Part shown: positions 22,184 through 34,622 of the stretch, piece after piece
Position numbering within the stretch: position 1 is the stretch's first letter
Layout: each line of letters starts with the position of its first letter
Origin: Octopus bimaculoides
Lineage: Eukaryota
Assembly: GCF_001194135.2 (NCBI RefSeq)
Contig: NC_068981.1
Location: 185,452,382 to 185,487,003 of the forward strand
Length of the DNA: 34,622 nt
Direction: 5' to 3'
The notes under the pieces: model-generated
Databases searched by the model: none
What the model saw: the letters and a program-made list of their open reading frames with translations, nothing else
Told to the model about the DNA's origin: nothing
Program-made: the position numbers and the translations under genes

Positions 22184-23084
22184 TAATAATGATGTTGATG
22201 ATGATAATTTTTGAGTATGGTACATCGCATTTGTAACTTGTTTTGACATTTAAAAAAATGGTAAATTGTCATGCAACGGTGAAGCTGTCGAAGACCATAT
22301 TATATCATCATCCTCACTGAAGACAAAGAGAGAGAGAGAGAGAGAGGAAGAAAGGGAGAGAGAGAATGAGGAAGAAAAAAGACATGAAACGATAAACTCG
22401 TGATGGTCTACGTCAGTGTGAATTAGATTAGAAAATATAAACGAAACTGATATATAATGGCCGTTCCTAAAAAAAAAAAAAGAAGCGAAATGATCGAATA
22501 ATTTGTACAAGGGGGTGAGGGGAGAGATATAATTTAGGTAAAAAGTTTATAACGATGGAAATTGTGAAAAAAGAACAAAATTTAAAAAGCGCTGCCCAAG
22601 CAGAAAAAAGTGATGAATAGCATTAGAATATAGGGTAAGAAAAAAATCGAAGAAAGGAAAATAACCAAGCAGCAAAAGGAGTTCGTAGTGCTGTAGGAGA
22701 GTATTAGAGGGGGAAAATTATGATAAATGAATGGGAAGAATCGCGACGATAATGGGATTTTTTTTTTGTTAGACATACAGAAATATATAGGTTGCTCGAA
22801 AGTTTTTTGAAGAAGAAAAAAAGCCCTGCATATACATACATTGGAAATATGTTTACATACATATATAGACTTAAGAGCATTAAGCCTAAAGCAGTTAGAG
22901 ATGTACACTCAAGTACACGCAAGGGTATCCAAAAGAAAACGATTTGCTGAGAGATTAACCGCGAAGTTAAAGTTGAGAGACAATATGTGTACGTAATGAG
23001 TTTGTAAATACACACATACACACACACACGCACAGATATATGTATATATATATGCATACATATACGTATATATGTATACATACG

Positions 23085-23140
<56 letters not shown>

Positions 23141-23222
23141 AATATATTTATATATTCAGATATATGTATGTATATATATACATATATATATACATATATA
23201 TATGTATACATACACACACGTA

Positions 23223-23253
<31 letters not shown>

Positions 23254-23320
23254 ACACACACACGCACACACCCACAGACACACACACACATATATATACA
23301 GATACTTGAATGTATATATT

Positions 23321-23371
<51 letters not shown>

Positions 23372-24972
23372 TGTTGGATGGTATATATACGTGAAGTAGT
23401 TTATGTTCTCAGGTTACGAATATAAGTCACGGTTTGCTTTCTAAACCGGGTGGTGTGCACTGTCCGTGATCAAGGCGCAGAACCTCTGAACCATATTTAA
23501 TGTAAAACGAGGTGAAAGACCATCTGCGCTTGATGAAATAAGTGAGCAATGATATTTGCTTGAATCTGACATTATTTGTGAATACTTATTGTATTCTCTA
23601 AAACACTGAGCAATTACTTTTCCTGTTACTCTATTTTAACAACTTTACGTCATAGCAATCAGCCCTTACCTATATCAACATCTGAAGAATTCACCAAACA
23701 ATTAATATTAACCTAGAATTTAGTCTGCTGTCTAATATGGCGGTAAGCGTTTCATAGAGAAGTAATTTTGTTTCAAATAAAAAATATAGGGAGAGATGAA
23801 TATCAATTTTTTTGTATTTGAAGAAATACGAATATAATCTCAAGAGACTTTAACTTTTAGAAAATAGTTTAATGTGAATGTTTCTAGTATCAGCTTGAGC
23901 AGAAATTGTAGAAAACTTTATGGTCAGTGTGTTAATTATCTCAAGTTTAGCTCCAAGGAAACTTCTCTTATCTCGTAACAAAGACTCACTGCTTTTTGAC
24001 AACTATTGTTTGGTATAGTTAGTACTGAGTAATATTTACCAATAGATGTAGTAAAGCAATCTTGTGCAAATGACTGATTAATAGAACTTTCTGGACAGTT
24101 TGATAACAATGGTTTTAGATATCTTCTTACTTCTTATTTGTATAATCCCATCTCAAGATTAAGATAATAAATCTTCCTTTAAAAAGAATAAAGAAAGAAT
24201 TTTAATTTCGTCAGACGTTTTCTAAATTTACGATTATTGAATTATAATTCATTTTGGAATATTTGTTTTCTTTTCTGTAAACAAGTTCTGAACTAATGGT
24301 TGTGTATCAACTTCCGGTATCTCGAAACACGCGATATATAAATAAATTTCCAGTTGCTTTCGAAAACTATTAGTTCTTTAAACAGATGTATATCGCTGCC
24401 TGTTTCAGTCAGAATCACACTTTCCTATACCGAGTTAATGTTGTAGACAAATACCGATAAATACACCGTAATGTACGTCAAACCCGATACGAAACTAAAT
24501 GATTGTTAAACAATTTCATACATCAACTGCGATCTTTATTTGCAAGCAAAATACGGCAAAGTTAATTAATTTAGAACCGATATATCTTTCGAGTTATCTG
24601 CACCTTATAACTGCCCCGAGATACCATTGAAGTATACGGTCACAGATATAGAGATTAATGGGCATTTGCCGTGTATGAACAGTCATGTTCAAACGTATTA
24701 TGTATATCTATGCGGAATTCAAAAAATCTGTGTCTGTGTACATTTAAATGAAAACAAGGTATGTGTACGAGAATAAACGTAGATGGATTTTTAAAGCCAC
24801 ATATTATCTAATTAGGTAACGTGAATATGTTGTGGATGACAGGTCAAAGATGCGTACATCAATGTGTTCCCTGCCTCAGTGTGTGAGCGAAACTGAATAA
24901 TAGTACATACATACGTACATACAAATATACATACATACATACATATATGTATATATATATACACATACATGC

Positions 24973-25082
<110 letters not shown>

Positions 25083-25126
25083 ATATATATGCATATATAC
25101 TTCTCTCTCTCTCGTTCTGTCTGTCG

Positions 25127-25210
<84 letters not shown>

Positions 25211-26130
25211 TGAGAGAGAGAGGGCGGGAGTGCAAGCGGGAATTAGAACTGGTTTTCTGAGACATTTGTGACAAGGGTGAATGTCTTTTTGCCAATGTAT
25301 TGTGTGTATGAAATATTGGACAGTAAAGAATTAACCTCGTTGCTCAAGCATCAGGCTTTTCTGACGTCTCCCTTTCTAATTGATTTATAGAAGATTCCAT
25401 TTCTTTCTTTCAAAGATTCTTCTGTAATTCATAGCGTTAACTTAACAAATTGAGAATGGCAAAGGCTACCATTGAGTTGATTATAACATAAAGACTATGT
25501 TAATGGATGCCAACGGCTCCTCATAAAAAAAAAAAAATAATTTTCAAAAAAACTTAACAATCTTCCACTATTGAAATTCTTTCAATATTATTCTTTAATG
25601 AAAGTGATGGACGTCATTTGTACGCTAAAGAGATCTCAAGCAACAATAGATCATTTGAAGTCGCCCGAGTCTCTGATTTTATTTCCAGCTGTGTTTACAA
25701 TCAAGGCATCAATGTCGACCAGTTACAGGTCCCCTCTCTTTAATTTAGTCTTCACATCCGTAGAGAAACTTCGCACGTCACTGTACTAACCCCTATTAGT
25801 CTTTGTTCCTTCCGAGGGAGTTTCCTGTCAAATTGCTTCTTATTTATTTATTTTTTTTTGTTATCAAGTGTAATATATTAATTTTCGCATATTTCCCGTC
25901 GTTCTTTTAAAATTATTTTTTGAAGGAATCTGAAACAACATAGTTAGCAACAGAAGAGTGAATGATAGCAGTTGCAAACTAGATTTGCGTTTTAAAAAAT
26001 TAGATTCATTACTTTAAACGTCATATCGTTTAAACTCCACATTACAAGGAAAAAAGTAATGCATATATAGCGACAAGAAACCAGATTATAAAATTTCTGG
26101 CATATATCCATCAATAGTATAAACTGCATA

Positions 26131-26780
26131 AGGCGGCGAGCTGGCAGAAACGTTAGCACGCCGGGCGAAATGCTTAACGGTATTTCGTCTGCCGCTACGT
26201 TCTGAGTTCAAGTTCCGCCGAGGTCGACTTTGCTCTTCGTCTTTCGGGGTCGATTAAATAAGTACCAGTTACGCACTGGGTACGATATAATCGACTTAAT
26301 CCGCTTGTCTGTCCTTGTTTGTCCCCTGTACGTTTATCCACTTGGGGTCAATAAAGAATTAAGAATCTTTAGCACGCCGGGCGAAATGCTTAGCGGTATT
26401 TCATCTGCCGCTACGTTCTGAGTTCAAATTCCGCCGAGGTTGACTTTGCCTTTCATCCTATCGGGGTCGATTAAATAAGTACCAGTTACGCATTGGGGTC
26501 GATATAATCGACTTAATCGGTTTGTCTGTCCTTGTTTGTCCCCTCTGTGTGTAGCTTCTTGTGGGCAGTTAAGAAATAAGAAACGTTAGTACGCCGGGTG
26601 AAATGTTTCGCGGTATTTCGTCTGCTGCTACGTTCTGAGTTCAAATTGCGCCGATGTCGATTTTGCCTTTCATCCTCTCATGGTCGATAAATTAATTACC
26701 AGTCGCGTACTGTGGCCAATCTAATTGACTGCCTCCCCTCTCCCAAAATTTCGAGCCTTTTGACTAGAGCAGAAAAGAAT
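26131..26780 (+). mobile_element. Head-to-tail trimer of SINE family B (period 216-217 bp)
   Basis: TTAG(C/T)ACGCCGGG at 26153, 26369 and 26586; A-box-like TGGCAGAAACGTTAG complete only in unit 1; B-box-like GAGTTCAA(G/A)TT in all units. Confidence 0.92.
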
Positions 26781-26794
26781 TTTATATACTGTAT

Positions 26795-26985
26795 AAGGAG
26801 GGGGCTTGGTAGACTCGTTAGTACGCCAGTATTCCGTACGTCTTCACGGTCTGAGTTCAAATTCCGCCAAGGTCGACTTTGGGTTTCATCGTTTTCGGCT
26901 CGGTAAAACAAGTACGAGTTGAGTACTTGGGGGGGGGGGTTATGTAATCGACTGGCCCCTTCTCCCCAAAATTGCTGCTGTCCAA
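26795..26985 (+). mobile_element. SINE family B, separate fourth copy with its own head and an internal deletion
   Basis: AAGGAGGGGGCTTGGTAGACTCGTTAGTACGCC..TCTGAGTTCAAATTCCGCC..CCCCAAAATTGCTG. Confidence 0.8.
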
Positions 26986-27509
26986 AGGAATGTGTATAAA
27001 AGACAAAACGACAGCCAGTCAACTGCTATGAAGCAGGAAAGTCTACTAGCCCCTACCTCTCTATATATTTAATACTCAATATTTCATATATTCAATAAGA
27101 CATTCAATACTTCATTTCATTTTACTATTTAGATTATATATTCCATATTCTATATCCCACATTAATTTTATAAGAATATAAATAAAACATAAAAAACAGA
27201 CAAATTTGGAATTATTTTAAATAATATATTCCTCTATACACTATCATACAAACCCCATTTTCTATTTTTTATTTCTATTTATATATTTATATATATGTAN
27301 NNNNNNNNNNNNNNNNNNNNNNNNNNNNNNNNNNNNNNNNNNNNNNNNNNNNNNNNNNNNNNNNNNNNNNNNNNNNNNNNNNNNNNNNNNNNNNNNNNNN
27401 NNNNNNNNNNNNNNNNNNNNNNNNNNNNNNNNNNNNNNNNNNNNNNNNNNNNNNNNNNNNNNNNNNNNNNNNNNNNNNNNNNNNNNNNNNNNNNNNNNNN
27501 NNNNNNNNN

Positions 27510-27556
<47 letters not shown>

Positions 27557-27659
27557 CTATGCATGTATACATATATGTATATATGTGCGTGTGTGTGTGT
27601 CTGGGTTTGTACCTCACACACACACACACACACAAACTTGTGTGTGGGGTACAAACACA

Positions 27660-27838
27660 CGAATGTTTGACAACCGATGTTGCTGCGTTTACGTCCTCGT
27701 AGGAGCCGTTTGGCAAAACACACCGATATAATACGTGCTACGCTTACAAAGAATAAATCCTGGAATCGATTTCTTCGACTAAATGCGATGCTCCATCATG
27801 TCCGTAATGACATGACCGAAACAAGGAAAACAACATAA
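27660..27838 (+). mobile_element. SINE family A 3' half
   Basis: TTTGACAACCGATGTTGCTGCGTTTACGTCC..GCTTACAAAGAATAAATCCTGG..GCGATGCTCCATCATGTCCG. Confidence 0.75.
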
Positions 27839-27878
27839 AACTATGCCATTTTTATTCCGAGCTAGTATATATATGCAA

Positions 27879-28194
27879 ATATTATATTATAAAATAAAAT
27901 CAGGAAAATTACATCAAAAAAATCACCACAGAAGATAAACGTGAAAATATTGTATTAATAGATAGATTTATAAATATATAAAGTATGATTATTTAAGAAG
28001 TTTAAGACTTTCAAATATTTTACTAGTAAGTTTAAAATAGCTTACTAGTAAGGTATTTTAAACTTTTAAACTTTTTAAATAATTATACTTTATATATTTA
28101 TACATCTATATATTAATACAATATTATTTTGACGTTTATCTCCTGTGATGATTTTTTGATGTAATTTTCGTACAATTATTTTATAATATAATAT
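27879..28194. repeat. ~316-bp imperfect palindrome (foldback)
   Basis: Arms 27904-28030 and 28041-28169 are reverse complements with scattered mismatches and a 10-nt loop; outer 19-bp exact pair 27879-27897/28176-28194. Confidence 0.93.
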
Positions 28195-28505
28195 ATAATC
28201 GCTGTTTTTAAATGTCTAAATACCTTTAAATTTTTAGACATTTTCCTACCAAGAGCACTTATTAGAAATTCAGTATATTGTATTCTCATTGAATATATTT
28301 GATTAACGATATATATACATATATACATCCACACACACAAACACAAACACACAAACACACACACACACACAGACACAGACACACACACGCATANNNNNNN
28401 NNNNNNNNNNNNNNNNNNNNNNNNNNNNNNNNNNNNNNNNNNNNNNNNNNNNNNNNNNNNNNNNNNNNNNNNNNNNNNNNNNNNNNNNNNNNNNNNNNNN
28501 NNNNN

Positions 28506-28542
<37 letters not shown>

Positions 28543-29744
28543 GGGTGTCAAGTATGACTGTTTGTCCATGGATTTGCAAGAATACGAGACGAACATGAAA
28601 TGTTATTTTTTTTTTAGAAATATAGAATCCAGTGTTCTGTAGTTATATCAATCAGCAATATATATTTGTATATGCATGTATTTGTCTGCATGTGTGTATG
28701 CGTATATATACACACTTTTGGATGTTGTGATACGTTTTTATATACTCACACACACCCACATACATACATATGCGTACGTACATGCATTTATAAGCATACA
28801 TATCGACATATATATATATATATATATGTGTGTGTATATGTACAGGTATGTATACATATATATATATATACACACGTGCATATATATATGAGCGTATACA
28901 TACATACACCCACACACATATGTATGTTTGTGTGTATATATGTATATATATGCATATAAAAATATATACCTTAGTATTTTGTCGTTTATATATTTGTGCT
29001 TTATACAGAAAGACGATAAATAGCGTGTCATATGTTGACACTATGAGCCAAGAATGTCTAAAATACAAGCGGAAAATAGTCTAAAATGCAGGAAGAATAA
29101 TAATATCAGCAGCAACGATAACAGAAGCTCTAACAGGAACAACAATAGCGACTACAACAAGAGTAACATTAACAGTAATAATAGAATCATCGCTAACAAC
29201 AAGAAAACAGTAGCAAGAGCAAAATATCAATTAGAAATGATCACGATTAATAATATCGATACAAGAGACAAGAAGTAAAAAAAAAAATATTGCAGTCGAA
29301 CGAATAAAATCCTATAGAAGCATGAAAAATAATGAAACAATTAATGGTGATATCAGTATGTTTTCTGGTTTTCTTTTTTATCTTTTCTTTTTAACCTCAA
29401 TAACAATAACAGCGCAAATCGGAGCCAGAGTGGTCGTCAATGTAAGCAGGACTGTTTCACTATTATGAAACAATAATACAGATAAACGTTCTCTGAAAAG
29501 ACATTGAATAAGGGTATAGTGGGTTAATGGAAAACTTTAAATAATATTTAGATGCTGCTGCTACGCTTTTATTTATTCAGTAACTTAACGATGTGCGTTC
29601 ACCTTAAACAATAAACAACATAAGTGCGAGCTCTGGCTATGAAGATAACATATGATTCTCGATGTGATAGTATATAGTATAAATGTGATAAAGTCTAATA
29701 GCAAATTAAAGAAAAAATAAAAGATATTTATTATAACTGTATAG

Positions 29745-29962
29745 CACCTTTGTTACAATATTTCTCTTGAAATACAATGGCTTTGTATCAATTAATATTC
29801 AATATCATGAAGAATATGGCAAAATAATTTTGCTGATATTAAGCTGGTGTTTCGAACGAAAATTAACATGAAATTATGATTGAAGTTTTTAATTTAGATT
29901 ATTTTAAAGCTTCTGTCATAAAACCACGGGCGGCCAAAGCAGAATGGCATCAAAAAGGTTAA
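29745..29962. mobile_element. Possible TTAA-type (piggyBac-like) MITE, decayed
   Basis: Right end ..ATCAAAAAGGTTAA; left end ..CACCTTTGTTAC is weakly complementary; AT-rich non-coding interior. Confidence 0.3.
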
Positions 29963-30529
29963 TATTGCTACGTTAGAAAGATCTCAATATTACAATAGAA
30001 AGATGGGATTAAGATTGTGTGACACCTTTGTCTTTACAAAACAGTCGATATATAAAATCAAATAATGAGAAGGAAACTCCCGTCTTTCAGTTCGAGCCAC
30101 ACTGTGAAGTTAACTATCAATCTGTGGAATACACTGCCTTCAGTTGTTTCCAGATAGCTGTTGTTTCAACGCAGGTCATGCTTCGTCCAGTAGACATAAT
30201 CTCAAGGCGATCTAGTCGAGATATTTGTCTGAAAATTTCATTTCCCAACAATCTGGGCCAGCGTTCCATCAACTCGATTTGTTAAGTCTCTATCTTTCAT
30301 TGAATAAAACAGAACTGACCGAAATACATATTAAGCGCTATTAATTGCTAGCTTGACAAACACATATACACTCACGCGTATATATACACACATTCTACAT
30401 AATCCGCTAAGTTATATGTAAGTAAACAAACCATCACTGGTTATCAAACGGTAGTAGACGAAAAATACGCTACACACATGCACAGACGCATACACAAACA
30501 TATACACATCTATATTGGTGTATACATGG

Positions 30530-30531
<2 letters not shown>

Positions 30532-30604
<73 letters not shown>

Positions 30605-30684
30605 CATCTCTCTCTCTCTTTGTCTGTCTGTTTGTCTGTCTGTTTGTCTGTCTGTTTGTCTGTCTGTCTACCTGTCTGTCTATC
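30532..30684. repeat. (TATC)n then (TGTC)n tetranucleotide microsatellite
   Basis: Direct reading; other (TATC)n at 23221-23252, 32738-32820 and 34563-34600. Confidence 0.97.
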
Positions 30685-30837
30685 GAACAACAACAATAGC
30701 ACACACAACACTAACGACAACACCTCAAAAACAAACACACCCACAATGCTCACTGACCTCAACACGAAAAATACGGAGTTGATGGAATACATCAACACAT
30801 AAACAAACTTAGCATACGAAAACATAGAAACCTCGAA

Positions 30838-32734
30838 ACTTGAAGGCCATCGTCATAGCGGCTGGTTTCCGTCCCGTCTTCCGTGGCTGGATAGCTGCCT
30901 TGTACAGAGGCATCCGTTCGGTAATTCGCCTGAATGGGCATCTATCGAGACCTTTCGACATTGCACGTTCGGTCCGCTCTCGTCGCTTCTGTACGTATTG
31001 ACTCTCGAGCTAGTACTGCGGAAGCTGGCGTCACTGAGGGGCATCCGGCGAGAATTGGGATGCGGGACGAGCGTGTCCGCATACGCGGACGACGTCGCCG
31101 TCATCGTGCCTAGCCAGGAGCATATCGAGCTGGTCGGCGATGCACTGAAAGACTACGAAGCGGTAACAGAAGCGAAAATCAACTGGGAAAAGTCAGTGGG
31201 ATTGCTGCTCGGCACCTGGAGAAGCAAGCCCATGTTGTTTACCTGCGCCTCTGTCGTGGGACGCTGGACCGACGGCTCGGTCGAGTTGCTCGGGGTCTGG
31301 TTGGTCCGGACCTCCAAAAGGAGAACTGGAACGAGGTAACGAGTAAGGTGGCCACTCTCGCCCGGCAATAGTTCGAGAGGAAGCTGTCCTTAAAAGGTCG
31401 GGCTGAGGTGGTGCACATGTCCATCGCGTCCGTCATCTACTACCGCCTGACCGTCGTGCCTTGTCCCAGCTCTAACATCACCAAATTGGAACGCATTCTC
31501 TTCTGCTTCTTGTGGAAATGAAGCGTTCCGACGGTCAGGTGATCCATTTGCTGCCAACATCCGTTAAAAGGCGGGCTGGGCATGCTGTGGTTGATGATGC
31601 GCAGACATGATGCGCAGACACGCGCTGAGACTGCCACATCTCCGGCTCTACGTAGGCAACAGTGAACAGTGAACAGGTGTGCTCGCCGTTTGTGACCGAA
31701 CTGCAGTCATGGATCAAAAAGAGGCCGACGAAGGGCGTTTGGCACCGCGAATGTCGAGTTGCTCTCAAGCAACTATGCCGTCCCGGGTCGACCTCGAGCG
31801 ACTGCAACACAACCAAAGCATTCTATGGAGGATTAGTGTGGAGGGGAGGTACGACGACGATCTCGGGGCGAACCTGGGCGTTGACGAGGAATACTTGACC
31901 CACCTGTTCAAGAAGGCCTAGCAGTGCTAACGAAAAGCTCCACCCGTTCGGGATAAGCTCTACAGGCATGGGTCAAGAAACACGGGGCCCAACTTGCTCG
32001 AGATGCGGTCAGAACAACGAAACTGTTTTGCATGCACTCGTACAGTGTCCAACCATTTCCGACTTGTGGGCCTATGTTGAACGACTGCTATCACGCCTGG
32101 GACGAGTCAGTTTATCAACCGAGTCTATCGTGAATATTGTCGCGCCTCCTTTCTTGAAACGGGAAGGAAGAGCCATTTTCATCGTACTTGTGGCTATGGC
32201 GAAAGAATGTGTATGGTGGATGCGTCTGAAACGTCTAGAGTAAACACTTTCCTCTCTAATGAATCTCTCATCAACTTCTTCAAGTATCATTTGAAAAGGA
32301 AGGTGAGAGTAGAGAGGGAAGTTTTGTCTAGTGAATGTTTCAATAAAAGATGGGTGAATGTAGCAAGAATGGCATGTGTGAATGACAGAGACACATAGAA
32401 CATTATAATCGTATGAACCAGAAAAAGAAAGGAAAAATGAGTCAGTTACTGTAATGTGCTTTTTGCATGACGTTATTGCCTGAGGTTACCGTGGTCTTTT
32501 CCGTAGGTTTTTCTTTCCAGAGATAAACTTAATCTGTTTTCCCTTTTACATTATGACATTTCTGTGATACACGATCCCTATTAATCGGCTTTCTCCTTTT
32601 CTTTTTCCTTCTTTCCATGATCCCTTTTGATCGAAATTCTACCCCTATTATTTTTCTTCTCTTCCCAAAAAGAAAAGCTCTACTTTGTATTTTGTCCCCT
32701 CTGTGTTCAGCCATGTGTGGCTGACAAAGAAACA
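30838..32734 (+). mobile_element. Tx1/L1-clade non-LTR retrotransposon, ORF2 3' half (inactive) plus 3' UTR
   Basis: LKAIVIAAGF..WIAALY..IRLNGHLSRPFDIARSVR[QGCP lost at 30976/7]LSSLLYVLTLE; YADD at 31082-31093; KINWEKS; LLGVW; HPLKGGLG; C-x2-C-x8-H-x4-C at 31995-32048; ORF ends 32398; several stops and frameshifts. Confidence 0.92.
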
Positions 32735-32761
32735 TATATATCTATCTATCTATCTATCTAC

Positions 32762-32798
<37 letters not shown>

Positions 32799-33699
32799 CA
32801 TCTATCTATCTATCTATCTACACACATATACATATTTACAGGCATATGTATGCGTATATGTATGTTTATACGTGCGTTTATATATGTACACATACATATG
32901 TGTGTGTGTGTGCGTGCGTATGATTGTATGTGTATATGTCTTTGTACGTATGTGTGTGTAGGTATATTTGTGTTTGCACGAGTGCCAGTATGTATATGTG
33001 CGTCCGTGTGTGTAAGTTGAAAATTTGATTTCAAGACGTGTTTCATTATTATAAAAGTACAATAACAAAAAAGAATCTCACTTTATTTTTTTATTTTTCG
33101 CTGAAGTCGTCGCAATTACCGCTTCACACTCGTCAACTTTGTTATTAGCATGAACATCATCCATTAATCCAACTCTACTCTCAACCTTCTATCCTCCTCC
33201 TCCTCCTCCTCCTCCNNNNNNNNNNNNNNNNNNNNNNNNNNNNNNNNNNNNNNNNNNNNNNNNNNNNNNNNNNNNNNNNNNNNNNNNNNNNNNNNNNNNN
33301 NNNNNNNNNNNNNNNNNNNNNNNNNNNNNNNNNNNNNNNNNNNNNNNNNNNNNNNNNNNNNNNNNNNNNNNNNNNNNNNNNNNNNNNNNNNNNNNNNNNN
33401 NNNNNNNNNNNNNNNNNNNNNNNNNNNNNNNNNNNNNNNNNNNNNNNNNNNNNNNNNNNNNNNNNNNNNNNNNNNNNNNNNNNNNNNNNNNNNNNNNNNN
33501 NNNNNNNNNNNNNNNNNNNNNNNNNNNNNNNNNNNNNNNNNNNNNNNNNNNNNNNNNNNNNNNNNNNNNNNNNNNNNNNNNNNNNNNNNNNNNNNNNNNN
33601 NNNNNNNNNNNNNNNNNNNNNNNNNNNNNNNNNNNNNNNNNNNNNNNNNNNNNNNNNNNNNNNNNNNNNNNNNNNNNNNNNNNNNNNNNNNNNNNNNNN

Positions 33700-33737
<38 letters not shown>

Positions 33738-33791
33738 TACAGAGCCAGCGATAGCATGGAGTAATCGTATTTTAATTCAGCTTACAGTTAA

Positions 33792-33949
33792 GTGACACTA
33801 TCCCATCTTTCCTTTCTTTTCTTCCCTTTACTTTCAATTCTCTTCTCTTCCTCATCCATTTGCTCTTCCACTTCTCTGTTTAGTTTCTCTACCCTCATTT
33901 CCCTTTTCTCCCACCTTCCATATAACGTCTCCCACTTTCTCTCTTACTG

Positions 33950-34016
<67 letters not shown>

Positions 34017-34070
34017 TTCTCTTTCTTTCTCGCATACGTACATGCTTCCTCGTTTTCTCCCGCTCTCTCT
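33792..34070. repeat. Pyrimidine-rich low complexity with (CT)n core at 33954-34010
   Basis: Direct reading. Confidence 0.9.
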
Positions 34071-34562
34071 ATTGAAATTCTTTTCGTCTTTTACGAACAG
34101 GTAAATGTTTTCAGATAAACTAACTGTAAACATTGCGTACAGCAGCTTTCATATGAAAGATTCTATTAAAAGTAATCAAGTACAGACAAGTCACTGGGGG
34201 AGCAATACTTCTGCCTCTATAATCTAGTTATCATATAATGTCTTCAACAATGGCGGCATTCGAAATTTATTGGTGGCCGTACAGCAATCTCTCTAGAGTC
34301 AACGATACTATTAAACAAGTGACGTGAGATCTAACAATATCTTGCCTTTAGCTTCCTTATTTTTCTTCTTTTCTTGCTATATAATTTACGTTTTATTTTA
34401 TTATACTTTAAATTATGTTCTTTTATTTTTGTAGTTTTGCATTTGTTTTGCATTTTATGATTAACAATGTGAAAGCTAAGTCACATTATACCTATGTATA
34501 TAAGTACGTACGTTTGCAAGCGTGTATACATATGTGTGTATGTATGTATGTATGTATGTATG

Positions 34563-34596
<34 letters not shown>

Positions 34597-34622
34597 CCTA
34601 TATATGTATATATATATATATA

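Noticed and set aside
26131-26780. Regular ~216-bp periodicity as a CRISPR or satellite array
   Set aside because: The units are SINE bodies with Pol III boxes; no short repeat-spacer structure or cas genes.
34240-34330. CAACAATGGCGGC start/YY1-like motif
   Set aside because: Only a 25-codon frame, no CpG-rich promoter context, weak donor.

Overview
AT-rich, microsatellite-saturated eukaryotic draft sequence with 10 N-gaps (~2.8 kb). The SINE families and (TA)n/(CA)n/(TATC)n landscape suggest an octopus genome; this is inference, no search was run. I can support no host protein-coding gene, and nearly all listed ORFs are microsatellite, gap or antisense-TE artefacts. Contents: three tRNA-derived SINE families (A, CORE-like; B, a cluster plus a tandem array; C), a decayed Tx1/L1-clade LINE (YADD RT, CCHC knuckle), a CR1-group LINE 3' end, a Tc1/mariner transposase C-terminus with TIR, MITE-like and foldback repeats. 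Highlights: (1) three unrelated type I hammerhead ribozyme folds in non-coding Penelope-like remnants, one (5868-5919) with a fully canonical catalytic core; (2) two apparent LINE-SINE partnerships: SINE A shares its 3' stem-loop tail with the CR1-group LINE, and a SINE B subfamily shares its tail with the Tx1 LINE, which is bracketed by (TATC)n; (3) a ~316-bp palindrome. All alignments and folds were done by eye and need computational confirmation.
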